A stretch of 64,000 nucleotides of DNA from the NCBI GenBank assembly GCA_000934665.2, contig KZ538835.1, forward strand, positions 1-64,000, in the 5' to 3' direction. Shown here piece after piece: positions 1 through 11,772 of this stretch. A program made the translations under genes and the position numbers. This DNA is from Catajapyx aquilonaris (Eukaryota). The notes below the pieces were generated by a model. That model was not told the DNA's origin. It saw nothing but the letters and a program-made list of their open reading frames with translations, and did not search any database. Every line of letters begins with the position of its first letter. Position 1 is the stretch's first letter.

Positions 1-344
1 AATGGTCCGCAGATTGGCTTATTAGCATTAGGATGGCTGATGGACAAAGGCGCTTTGATCATCACCATGATACAAATCTAATTATTGTGTAAAATGCAGA
101 AGTAAGATCTCTGGGTTACATTTATCCATAAGGTTGAAGATCTTACGCAGCCCAGTCTTGTTTCAGTAATTTCTATCCGTTACTTGGATCTTACTTTCCT
201 TTTTTTTTACAATTCCGTAGGGAATTAGTTTTTGTGATAATTTAAATAACCCAACATTTAATGAGATGGTTGCACTTGCATCAGGTAAACAACTGCATAA
301 TTATTCACAGCTGACAATGAGTATTTGTTAATGTAAAAACAACC

Positions 345-412
345 TTGGTGACCCCACCGAAAACCCTTCGTGACCCCCAAGAGGGTCGGAACCCACAGGT
401 TGGGAACCACTG
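345..412. mobile_element. Right end of a non-autonomous hAT-like (Charlie/MER5-type) element
   Basis: GGGTCGGAACCCACAGGTTGGGAACCACTG resembles the common hAT MITE terminus (...GACCCACAGGTTGAGAACCACTG). The left end was not found in the window. Confidence 0.5.
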
Positions 413-867
413 GTTTAGGGTTTGGGAATGGATTAATTCACTTTCCATTACATCTGATGGGGAAAACTTATTGGGACTTGGAAAAACTCAAGAGTTTGAA
501 TGGCCTCCTGGAACGAATTTAGTTTGAAGTATGAGGGAGCACTGTATGTTATGTTAACCATATGGTAAGTTTCACTTTGCAAGATGACCTGTGTATAAGT
601 GTTGCTTACTATGTTGTCAAGCAAGACAAGCTTGATGAACCATTTTTCAGGCAACAGTACCTGAATTCCTCGATATGTTGCAATTTTCACTTACGTGACA
701 CTAGTGAATAAGAATATCCCATTTTCCCTCTACACCAGCATCTTGTACCTTCCCAATTCTTCTCCTTTTTCGTCCTTCTGCACAACTAAAGCAAATAGCA
801 CTAGTACTTCTGTGCTTCAGACTGTGGTTATGATGGGTAGAAAAGGCATACGCAAGAAGATTCTCAC

Positions 868-2904
868 CTCTGTAATCCAATAATCAGCACGGTTTGCTTT
901 CTCTTTCCTCCTCTCTTCCTCCTCTTTGATTTCATCCAATGCAGTTATTTTCCTTTTCTTCGGACCAATCACTTCCTTCACTTTTCTTTCCTTTTTTATT
1001 TCTGTTTCACTTTTTATAACCAGTGGGTTGGAAGCAAGTGGCAGTGGAGGCAAGGGCACCTTGAATGTCGATGTTGAAGGCTGCAGATTCAAGACAATCT
1101 TTTCCTCTTCTTCCTCTCTCTTCAGCTCAGTAAAGCCAGAGTTTCGGTCTTTAGACTGATCCTTTGCTTTCTCAACCTGACACCAAAGTTAGAAATGAGG
1201 AATAGTGCAAGTAATAGTGCATTTAAAACGAATACCTGCTTGTCAATAAAGTCCTGCAATCTTTCAGCATCATCCCTCTCCATCTTAGCTTTCTTAGCTT
1301 TTGCTTGTTGCTTTGCAATGGTCTCTGGATCTCTGCAAAATATTCACAAGTGAGCACATCAAATACAATTGATTGCACTATAAACATTATCACTCATAAA
1401 GACGTGTCTGAAGTGACTTTAAGAAATAAACAACAATTATATGGTCTACGAACTGTTCAACATTGATGGAATATTAAACTTTTTGCAATGCTCGTTTTGG
1501 TGTTTGGTTTCAACTTGACGCCAGGTTACGGTTCCATCATGGATTCACTTTTACATGCATCAGTTCCCCATTCAAATGCAACGCACAAGGTCAGACAAGA
1601 TGAAACGGGATCCTTTCTTCCCTTTCTTATCCTCCAGTCTCCCTCTCTCACCCTGTCATGCATCTAGTTGCCTTAGCTTCCACTAAACTAATTAGTCTTC
1701 AGCATACAATTACATTACACTATACTGCCATGTAAAATTGCAAAGTGTGAAAAAATCCTGGCAGCACGTTTAACCCCAGGCATAGGCTACTGACAAACAC
1801 ACAGAACTCCACAGAATATTGTCCAAAAGCCCACTCACCTGTCAATGTACTGGACGTACCAGCCTTTCTCAGTTTCATCCACCGTACACTTCCCCTCCCT
1901 ACCCAGGTATTTAACAAATCCAGTCAGAGTCTCCCACTTGGTTGAATTCATGTGGAGATGGTGTCGATCTGCAATGTATTCTTGGTATACTTGGTTGGCA
2001 TGGACCCTTCTGGTTCCGAAGCGCCTCTTCAAGAGTTCCAAGTAGCCTTTCATAAACTCACTGCAAAACAAAATTAGCACTGTAGGAATATCAACAGATT
2101 TGGTTAACTAGAGGAGCAAAGGCAACTAATGTATAAGACATAATAACAGGAGGTGCATGTCATAAGTTCAGAACCTCTTTTACCTCTCCACTGTGCTCAA
2201 ATTAGGCATGACATAAATTAGCTATCAAAATAATGAATATAATTTCTGCTAAAATGCCATTCATTGTTACTTGAGATCGAGGCAGTCTATAAAACGCTGT
2301 CATTTGAGAAATACTGGCTTCATTCTCTGGTTCTTATAATAAATTCTTCCTGCAGTTTCTGTGGTTTTCTGCACTTATTTCCAACACAATTCCAAGATGG
2401 TTCTTATCCTTGCTCCTAAGCCTCATGGCATTAGCTTCCTTGGCTCTTCCAGTCACCTTAAGGCCGGTATCCACGTACAAGATTTCTCGCATACGAGGAG
2501 CCAACTGCGCATGCCCGGATCCGAGGAAAAGTTTACAATTTTCAACTTTAATCCCCTTTTCAAGGGACAAGAGGGGGCCCTGAGGCGACAAAGAGTCCGT
2601 CTCGACGTACAAGATTTCTTGCGTAAAAGGACTTTCACCGGCCTTTAGAATAGCAGAACTATTTTAAGACTGTTGTCTTAAACAGCCACACTTACTACGA
2701 GAAGTCATCAATGTATCTGCGCGGGTTGTCGGCAAAGAGCAGCAGCTGCCTCTGATGCGATTCGGACATCATGTGACACTTGAACCCATTTTCGTCTCTG
2801 CACTGCTTCTGACACATCTGGCAGTACCACCTCAGCTTCTGCAAGCCCTTCGACTTCATCATCTTCGCAATATGCTTCGGAGTCCCAAACTCATGCTTCC
2901 CCAT
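868..2904 (-). CDS. KIN: DNA/RNA-binding protein KIN17, partial (C-terminal exons lie before position 1)
   Basis: Exons 2904-2696, 2060-1839, 1332-~1236 and 1176-868 splice in frame at GT-AG sites. N-terminus MGKHEFGTPKHIAKMMKSKGLQKLRWYCQMCQKQCRDENGFKCHMMSESHQRQL (C2H2 finger), then HMNSTKWETLTGFVKYLGREGKC...KGWYVQYIDRDPET, ending at DYWITE. No KOW-encoding exon found in 1-867. Confidence 0.95.
2460..2645. mobile_element. Degenerate MITE, possibly PIF/Harbinger-like, in KIN17 intron 1
   Basis: Short inverted termini AAGGCCGGT...ACCGGCCTT and an internal direct repeat ACGTACAAGATTTCTYGCRTA at 2473-2493 and 2605-2625. The target-site duplication is not clean. Confidence 0.35.
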
Positions 2905-3719
2905 CTTGGCTGGCTACTTCTTTAACTTTTCCAACCCCTGCAAGTGTTGAAAGATGGTTAGACCTTGCTCCCATCGAGTTCCATGCAACGGCAACAGAAT
3001 GTTCCTGTTTGGTGAACCTACGTAAAATGCTTTATCTCCTTCCGACGGGTCTATCGCTTCAATGGCCTCGGAACCGTGCTCTGCAAGCAGGTGCAGCGTC
3101 TGTCTGGTCCGGACACGTCTGGAATTCGGAAGATGCTGCGAAGTGCAAAAATGTTATTCTTCCAAAAGGCGGATTAACTTACGAACAGAGTCGTTTCTTA
3201 TACTTTGCCAGCGACGCACTATCTTTCTCACTACCCGCAAGGTGGCTTGCATATTTCTCCTCAACTTGCTGCAGATGGCAGCACTTACCACTTCTATTGT
3301 AATACAGTACCGTAAATGACAGGTAAATGAACTGCAATCGAGGCCCTTTAGTAAATTATTATGGATAAAAATTCAGAATCAGTGGTTACTGTACTACCTA
3401 ATCACCTGCTCGCAACTGGTTGAAACTCCTGAAAATCGAACAGGCATTGTTTTATGGCGACATTCAGGCCACACGTCTCCTTCATCCAACAAAGGGCACA
3501 TTGTGATAGCTGTTTCACATACTGTATGAGCAGGGGCTTATCCGTATCCTGCCAGTACAGTACAAGTTTGTCAAACACAATGAGAACTACATATAAACCA
3601 CTTTTTACTCCCACTCATTAATACAAAAGACAAGTTTTATTTATACAAAGTCCAGGTCATTTAAAATGGAATACACTCCCCCCACCCCCCCCCNCCCCCC
3701 CGCCCCACATCTCTAAGCA

Positions 3720-4536
3720 CTAGTCTTTCATCTCCCCTTCTTCATCTTCCTCTTCCACGCCACGTATGTATAACACATTGTTGCACCTGATCAGCACCTC
3801 CCCAAGGTTGCCAGTGCAGTTTGATTCTATGAACTCCTCAGTGTTGGCCAACTGCAAAGATACAAATTCAATAAATCTGGGGTTAAAACCAGTGAGTGGC
3901 GAGTGGCAGAAAAGATGCAGTACTTCCGTGAACTAATAAATGCCATCAAAATCTGCTACAGCATTAGTGTGGTCCCAGTGTGCATGGTAAATGCACTACA
4001 CACATACCCAGCCAAAACTCTCATTTAAATGCGTCAAAAACTCCGATAGTGTACACCAGCAATCAGAAAACTCACCTGTAAGTTCATATATCCATCGACA
4101 GAGACAAGATATCCTTTGTATTCGTGGCCCCACTTCAGCTTCACCATTACCAGCTTCCCTGTCAGACTGTTCAGGAAAGGCTTGGGGTTTATTGGCATAG
4201 CCGCCTGAAATTGTATTGCAAAAATTAGTGCATGCTGAATCATCAAATTACTGAAATGCAAGAAACAGCCAGGTGTATACAGATACACATTGAGATCATT
4301 ACTAATATCTCATTAGCCTGGCTGCAATTACTTGAAAAACGTGACGCTCCATTCTGAATAATTATCATAAATTTTTTTCCCAATATTTCATGCTGCATTT
4401 GGATGGCCGGCAGAAAAAGCCGGGTGCTAGGCCTAGCTCCCCAACCGGACTTCACGCGGTCCATTCTCGTCGTACCCATGGCTTCACCATACCAACTTGT
4501 AGTGCGGAACATGCTGCACCCAATACTCACCGCCAT
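3720..4536 (-). CDS. SNRPF: Small nuclear ribonucleoprotein F (SmF)
   Basis: Exons 4536-4531 (ATG GCG|GTGAGT), 4204-4076 and 3851-3720 give [88 protein letters not shown], with both Sm motifs. Confidence 0.97.
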
Positions 4537-4820
4537 GGCTGCGAGTTGATCCTAGACACCGCGGTACGAACAGAAAATTGAGTGGACGACGTCCGTCGAC
4601 GTCCGCCAAACACAACAAGCGTTGAACAGACCCAGTGGCGCCAGACCAACTCCACTCACATTCAGGTCCATCAGAATATTCATATAATTCGAAAAATTTG
4701 TCATCAATTTATTCATAAAAAGTATATAAAGGTGAAGCACGATGTTTTATTATTAACTATCCATAACTAGTCTCGGAGCTTCAGCGGAACCCTGCGTGTG
4801 GAACAAAACATGGCGGCGCG
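4537..4820. promoter_or_regulatory. Putative bidirectional promoter between SNRPF and the Pil1-like gene
   Basis: About 270 bp separates the divergent ATGs (4536 minus, 4810 plus). CpG-containing segments, and a YY1-like AAACATGGCGGC overlaps the plus-strand ATG. Confidence 0.5.
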
Positions 4821-7800
4821 CAGTAGGAGAAATTCAATGCATTTGTAATTAGGCTTAAATTACGCTGTTTTTGCACAACCAAATGAAACAGTTTTCACTG
4901 AGAGTTGCTCCTGTGATTCATGTAATAGTGATACATTACCGGTTGTCTGTAAATAGTTCTGTATTGCTCCTTTTTAAAAAAATTCAATGTTGAATTTGTC
5001 TCCGGCTCATTACTTAGGCATTTTAGGGTTTAAAAAGAAATGCTTTTCATGTTTAATTTAGTAAAATTCATGGGCTTTGCGTTCTGTGGTATGAAACACT
5101 AAAACATCAACATAACTCATTTTCAAACTTTAATGCATAAGTGAACAAGTAACACACACAGTTTACAGAAATTGTCAGTATGCTTGCATTATTTAGTTAC
5201 TGACCATTTTTTAAATCATATTTGAGCTACTATTCCTTGCACAAAACTGAATAGTACCGACTCCTGTACATCAGTGGTTGATCCCCTTCATTCACAAAAT
5301 TTCTTAACGGCCGTAAGCTCCTGTATGGATTCTTGGTGACAGGAATTATTACTTTAGCACCTGTTGCCTTGATCATACGATGCACATCCTTGGGTGCTTC
5401 GACATCAGTGTAGGCAGTGAGCAGCAGTGGAACTCCCTTCTCGCGCACCAGAGCTGATAAGGACTGGCCCCATGTGTCCTTGCCAGCGAAACCAGTGCTG
5501 CGGTACAACCCACAGTTGAAAGCGCATACCACATCTGGTTGTGTGTAAGCATCGGACTCACAATAATCATGATAAAGGACACCTGATTGGAATTCAATCG
5601 CAAGGTCTACACCCTTTTTGCTACAACTGTAACAACGAAAGTCTTCCGGACATACCCCAGGTGGTATTTCAAATGGTGCAACTTGTGGCCCAACAAACAC
5701 AAGTCGGAGTGATGTTAATGCTGGCAGGAGATGAAAAATAAAGATATCCCATTTTGATATGGCATCACCTTCAAATTCCAGCTCAGCCCCAACCAAGTGT
5801 ATGACCAGTCTGCTTGTTGTGCTGAGATCTCGGCATTGTTGCAGGGCATGCAGTACGGTTAAAGGGTATGAAGCTAGTTCTGTCAGGCATGAAAACAGTA
5901 CAGAACCCATTGACATGATGGATGGACCACCCATCAAACGCATGACCAGCAACTCTTTCATGCTCCCAGGTAGTGGCTCATATTTCTTTTCACATTTTGT
6001 TGGCAAATGTGGATCAGGTAGCCCATACTTATGCTGATAGATTGCTATATCGACCCACACCTTCAATTGGTCACATTTGTGTGGGGCATCACGATGCTCT
6101 TTGCAGAAATTGACTGCATTACAATTAATGCATGTGACCACACCTTGTGGCGGATATGTTTCTCTGCATACATAGCAACATTTTGGAAAGAGGAACATCT
6201 CGCGCTCGTATGGCTCTAAAGGCCGGCCCAATGCCTCACCGCAACTTTGGACAGCATCGAACCGCATCTTACGCCATTGCTCCCATCCAACATTTGGCCC
6301 ACCTGACAATACATGGCTTTTACCCTGTTTGGCTGTAAAATCTCGCACCCATCGGCACAATGACTTATGCTGGCTCCAGTGTTGCTTCTGATGCTCAGGA
6401 CTGCAGTAACATATCAGCTGGCAGGCACCACAAGTCTTCAATTTTACTGCAGAATCCTGAAGCGCCTTGCACACATGACATGCATTCGGGAGGTACACAG
6501 GCCGGCATGTGATGGTATCCTCATCTTCATCATCATCTGGCAGTGCGTCTTTCGGAGGTGTGACAACCTTGCTTTTCATCTGCTGCGGCTGCTTGGATCC
6601 ATGCTTCTTTTGACGACTTCTCTTGCTGTCCATTCTGCGGAAGAACACATAGCGCATTAACACTGTTTTGTAACCTGCACGTAAGCAAGCGTACCGTATA
6701 CACAATGTTGAGTTAGTCCCCCAGCCAAATCTTGAACCCCGCAACGCTTGGGCCTGTGCTAAAGAAGAGTCAAGAGCCGCACCATTCTAAAAATAAAGCA
6801 CCTCCTTTTGGCTCCAATCCCTGGGATGACGCTGAAAGACAACCCCTCATGTAACGCACATACTGTATGTGCAGTGCCATGTGCAGCACAAATTACATAC
6901 AAATTGCAATTGTTCTTATTTTTTATTTATTTGTATTTGTATGAATATAAGTTTGAAGCCCCCGCTTTCTCTCCTCTTGTGGTCCATCCCACCACCCACA
7001 GGCAGCTGCCAGCTGCTCGGATAACCGGAAAAGGGGGGGTGCGGGGGGTTACAATGGGCGCACCTGGGAGGCGGACAAAAACTCCCCGTTTGAAATCCCT
7101 TGGTCCGTTGGTGCAGCCCAGTTAGAGACCCCCACCAAAAAAAAGTGCTTCTTCTTCTGCCTTGCCTGGCCGACCATGGTTGACCCGAATATCCTGCTGA
7201 ATCGATATGGTGCGTGACCTCAACCGCCTTTTTTATACACTTTGGCTACACCCCCGCTGAGAGCTGCGCGGCACAGAGTCAACAACATACCCTGAGGAGG
7301 GTGTGTGGCCTTCGAGAGGTGCGGTCACGGATTATAAGCCGGTCCAGCTGATTAGTCATAGGCTTTGTTGTGCTTTAGGGGTCGGGTGTCTCATCCTGTC
7401 ACGCGGATGACTAGTCCGCCGGGAGCTAGAGAGCAGCAGCCTTTGTCATTGCCAGTCTGGAGCTGGGTTGCTTCTGAGGTGTCTGTGCAGTTGGACAGTG
7501 CTGGATATGGATGTGGGAAGGGCTGTCAGGAGGTGAGCATATGTCCAGGTCCACTTATGTGCTTCAATGTTGGTGTACCAACACAGATTAGAGGTTGTCA
7601 TTGCGTTATTAGATGGATAATCGAGGCAGACCATGTCATGTGCGGATAATGCAACTGTCAATTAATTTTGAAAACACAGTGACTATTCAGAGGTGTGCAC
7701 ATACAACAGTTGTAACATTAACGGTTACTTACTTTAAATATTCCAGTTCCATGACATTGCAATAATTTAGACATTACTGTAGGTTACTTGTAGGTTTATT

Positions 7801-8790
7801 TTATTATAATAATTGATAAATAAGTGTAGTACACATTACGTCATCGCTGGCTAGAAATGAATGAATGAATGAATGAATAAATAATAAATGATAGGCTACG
7901 GATTGGAAATGAAGGAAGAGTACCGGTACGCATAGTGAAATCACATCTGCACATCCAACTTAATGCATCCCATATCCATTTTGTGTGTATAAAGATGCTG
8001 AATATATTTAAACGTTGCGAACAATAATTTTTTGCAAAGAACTGGTAGTGAGAAGTAAAAATTTTGTTGGTATGGCACTGTGCATCCATATTATCTGGTT
8101 CTGAAATCTAGGTTGCTACAAAAGTGTGACACTTTCTGCGTTTTCTTCTGAGCAAGTTTTGGTTGAGAGCAATTTTTATTAGACCATATGATTGTAATGA
8201 AGAGTGTTTTGGGGCAATTAAAAAAATTTGCTTGGTTGAGCTTCTACAGTGTGGAAAACAGACTCTCCTATTTTGAATGCTTGTAGAAATGATTACTCCG
8301 TAGGCATCGTTAAAAGTTACTTTTCATAAGCTAGGTTCTCTTTTTTTTAAGGGCACACTTTACACATCAACTGGTGCATACTGCATTTATTTGTTCTTCT
8401 GTCTTAGGGTTTATTCATATGCCAAGGGAATCACCAAAAGCATAATGTCTTTGACTACATTTATCAATAAGGTTGACAGGGAAATACTTTTCATATACCA
8501 TAAGTGAGGCATTATGTTGTGAAATATATTTTTAATTGAGTGAATACTATTTTCAAATGGCAGTGTGAGTAGTAGATTGTGATGATGTTGATGTGTTTGA
8601 GCAGTTTGTAATTCTATCAAAGTAGATAAGGTGTGGTTTTCCTGTCCTGTTTGTAACGGTTTTTGTTCAAGCTGAAGTTTGAAAGTGAAAGCACATTTGT
8701 GTTTGGAATTGCTGTTGTTGTTACGAGAATTATTATTGTAATAATTTCTAAGCATTTTTAAACTTACGATTTTATTCTATAATAATAATA

Positions 8791-8853
<63 letters not shown>

Positions 8854-11772
8854 GGCTATCAAGTGATAGGCCAGTGGCCTCTAGAAAATACCTTATAAAT
8901 TCCTGAGTTGATTAATCCTTGCACTGTTGATATAGTTTGATGTAATGGAGAAGGTCTCTATAACAATTGCATAATATAATATGCCTGCCCCTTCTGCATG
9001 TGACATACCATGAAAAACCCATGTGCAATATTTACTGTAATTCTATTGGTAAGGATAACAAATTGCATTCAGATGTGAAACATGATATAGTTCATTATAC
9101 TGGTAATACTGTACAAGTGTACATGTGTCAAGTCAGCAACAAAGTGTCATCTGATACACACTTGCTTTGAAGTAGCTGATGCTGATTTAGCATCACAGGA
9201 ATCATTTTCAGCAAAGACTGCACTTCCTTCTCCAGGATGTCACATGATATGCATGTCACATGCAATGTTGTGATAAAGAGAAACAAGAGTGTGGGAGTAA
9301 CAAGATATAAATCATCAAGGCTATTTCAGGTCATATGAGCTTTGTTGGAGTGGTTCCTCAATGGTGTTTTCTGAAGTAGATAACTCTAGAACTCAGTCCT
9401 TTTATGAAATTGTAACAAAAGGGAAGAGTATATGTGTTTTGAAAACTGATTTTGGCCCAATTAATTCCTGCGATTTTGTGCCTAGGTAACTAATTGACAA
9501 ATGCTTCCAGTTGCATATACCTTTTCAGCTGACTGTAGAGAGTGAATAGTTTTCAAGTATATTGCTATCACAAATGGTGTCAGGAATTATGGGGAAATTG
9601 CCAAATATTTCTGTTAATGTGTGAGATAGACTCAAATTGGAACATTTTAAAATGTGGTTGCAGGAGCTAGTGTTCTAGAAAAGGGTGCTTGGCCCATGTT
9701 CACAAGCTGATGAGGACTAGGATTTTTGAGCAAATTCGAGACATTTTAGCATCAGCGAGACGTCAGCCGATGAAGGGGATGCAAGAATTGGCTTGTTGGT
9801 CGTGAAAATGTGTGGACACACCTTGACGCCCACAAAACGTTAATATTCATTCAACTACAAATGAAGAGAGAAATTCATCAGGCACACCTGACCATACTTT
9901 GCTCTTGACATGTCTTTTTCTCTGTGGCTTTTAGGGGCAGTGTGCACCTGCGCAACATTGGGAGCAGCCACAAGAGCTTGAGCATGGTGATATCCCAGCT
10001 GAGAGATGTTAAATCAACCTACAAGGGGTTCATCAATGCTCAGAATATGGCTGCCCAGGACATAATGAAGTGGGCTCACCAAGGCGAAAACTGTGCAATC
10101 AAGGATGTGTGTTCTCACATGGCTGACCTGTTTGCTCTCTGGGCTGAGATACAAAAGGAACTCCTAGGTATGTAAGGCTGCACACCTTGTTTTGAATGAC
10201 TGGAATTAATGATAATTTTTCCAGAATGTGTGAAGCAGTTTCGTATGCAGTTTGAGATGATCCTGGAAGGCGAGAGGAGCATGGACCGAGCTCGGGAGAA
10301 TCTGGAACAGTGTGAACAGAAGAGAATCAAGGTGAAGAAGGAGCTCAACAAGGCAACAAGGCGCTCTGAGGGAGGTCAGATTGAGGACCTGAAGCTTCGA
10401 TTGGCTGATACTGAAAAAGCAACTACCATGGCCCATCTAGCAGGTATATGCTAGTAGAATAGCAGTTTGTTAACCTCTTCTGTTCAGGTTAACACTTTAA
10501 TTAGTGTATTATATGTGGTGTTCACCTCCCAATAAATTATGATAATTGAAGCAAGTTGTAATTTTTAAGTTGCTTGTAATGGAAACATATATCTTTGAAA
10601 GTTGTTTTTGAACATATGAGGCACAAATTTGCAGTAACTGGACTTTTATGTCTGAAAATTATTGGACACATAATTTACATTGCTGAGAAGAATATTTCTG
10701 ATGCCTTATGATAAAACTATTTCATATTTTGTTTATGTATGTTTATTTTATAGTGGTCCTCAAAATGGAATGTTTTCTGACTTGCAGTTGTCCAAAGTTC
10801 AAAAGACAATGAGACTACCAAACTAATCCGCTTGCGCAAGGGTCTCCTGAAACTGTCTGACGTCTACTGTGATGTAGGCCTCAAGTGTCAAGTTGTGTTT
10901 GATGCTCAGCGGGATATAGCTCGAGAGATTCCATCCCCACAGCAAGAAGAAGTGTTTCAGATGAAGTATTCAGGCTTTGCAGCTACAAAGCAAGCAGCCC
11001 TGAAAGCCAAGGAGCATATACAGTTGATGGGAAGGCCTTCCCCTATGTATTCGCCCACTGCCCCTCCCGGACCAGCAGGACATGCTTCAGGCAGACACAG
11101 TCGTGGGAGTAGCAGCGACCCACCGCCACCATACAGTGGGGCATACTCTTCACCAGATTCGGCGGATGGCTGCTCAAGGAGATCCCTAGGGTGCACTGGT
11201 GGGGATTCCAGATGCCAAGTTTGTCCTAGAGGGTAAGTGAAAATGTGTCTTTGTGTCTGTAATAAAATGGTGAGATTGCATTCCATTTGTTACTAATACA
11301 ATTTTCTGGAATAAGGACCCTTCAATAAACATTGAGTCGGATTTTCTTTTTCTAATTAATAAATCACACGACACTTTTAAGTTGTTATTGTGCCCACTTT
11401 ATGCTCTTCTCAAGTTGAACAATGCACTGTAATATAATGTGAAGTGTAAAATTCCTTTAGGTTTAACAAGATCTCCAGAAAAGCACTTTCTAGACTTTGA
11501 ACAAAAATATGGCTTACGATGGGAAACTATTCCAATTAATATCATGGTGGAGCTTGATTGAGATTGTCATCTAGACAACCTCTCTTTGCCCTGTTCTAAC
11601 AGATAACTATCATTTCAGGTTTGGATGTAATGTGTCACCTACAAATGGAATGTCTCCAACAATGTCTCCACCTCCAGGATCCCCGACCCCAAGATATTCC
11701 AATGTGGATGATCCAAACACACCTTCTCAGCAGCTGCTCTATCCAACATTCAATGATATGAAGTTGGGATGA
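4810..11772 (+). CDS. Pil1/Lsp1-like (eisosome-type) BAR-domain protein with Pro/Ser-rich tail, 361 aa
   Basis: Exons 4810-4844 (inferred), 9935-10167, 10225-10443, 10788-11232 and 11619-11772 total 1086 nt with matching phases. Helical core HKSLSMVISQLRDVK...AAQDIMKWAHQGENCAIKDV...FRMQFEMILEGERSMDRARE...MKYSGFAATKQAALKA is colinear with yeast Pil1 as recalled. Exons 2-5 are solid. Exon 1 rests on phase compatibility and a weak donor (TT|GTAATT). Confidence 0.8.
5230..6633 (-). CDS. MYND zinc-finger protein with MSS51-like C-terminal domain, single coding exon, 467 aa
   Basis: ATG at 6633 follows a splice acceptor (ttccgcag|A ATG). MYND finger CHVC...CGAC..CYCSPEHQKQHWSQHKSLC, a second Cys cluster CYVC...CINC...FCKEH, and MSS51-type motifs VIHLVGAE, LVFVGP, YHDY, PDVVCAFNCG, DTW, PLLLTAYT, NPYRS. 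Confidence 0.88.
   Translation of the reverse strand: MDSKRSRQKKHGSKQPQQMKSKVVTPPKDALPDDDEDEDTITCRPVYLPNACHVCKALQDSAVKLKTCGACQLICYCSPEHQKQHWSQHKSLCRWVRDFTAKQGKSHVLSGGPNVGWEQWRKMRFDAVQSCGEALGRPLEPYEREMFLFPKCCYVCRETYPPQGVVTCINCNAVNFCKEHRDAPHKCDQLKVWVDIAIYQHKYGLPDPHLPTKCEKKYEPLPGSMKELLVMRLMGGPSIMSMGSVLFSCLTELASYPLTVLHALQQCRDLSTTSRLVIHLVGAELEFEGDAISKWDIFIFHLLPALTSLRLVFVGPQVAPFEIPPGVCPEDFRCYSCSKKGVDLAIEFQSGVLYHDYCESDAYTQPDVVCAFNCGLYRSTGFAGKDTWGQSLSALVREKGVPLLLTAYTDVEAPKDVHRMIKATGAKVIIPVTKNPYRSLRPLRNFVNEGDQPLMYRSRYYSVLCKE
8779..8852. repeat. (AAT)n microsatellite
   Basis: About 24 AAT units with one AGT interruption. Confidence 0.97.

Noticed and set aside
448..800. Candidate KIN17 C-terminal exons
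   Set aside because: Translations do not resemble the KIN17 KOW region. The true exons probably lie outside the window.
3009..3319. Short ORFs upstream of KIN17
   Set aside because: No recognisable domain or exon structure. More likely promoter or intergenic sequence.
3678..3706. Poly-C tract (G-quadruplex candidate in the SNRPF 3'UTR)
   Set aside because: Contains an N and is homopolymeric, so the sequence is unreliable here.
6634..6744. N-terminal extension of the 504-aa MYND ORF in the ORF track
   Set aside because: Starts at a TTG and lies upstream of a splice acceptor (ttccgcag). The ATG at 6633 is the likelier start.
7140..7660. GC-rich stretch with a (CTT)n start suggesting a LINE 3' end
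   Set aside because: No reverse-transcriptase or endonuclease motif recognised, so it cannot be classified.
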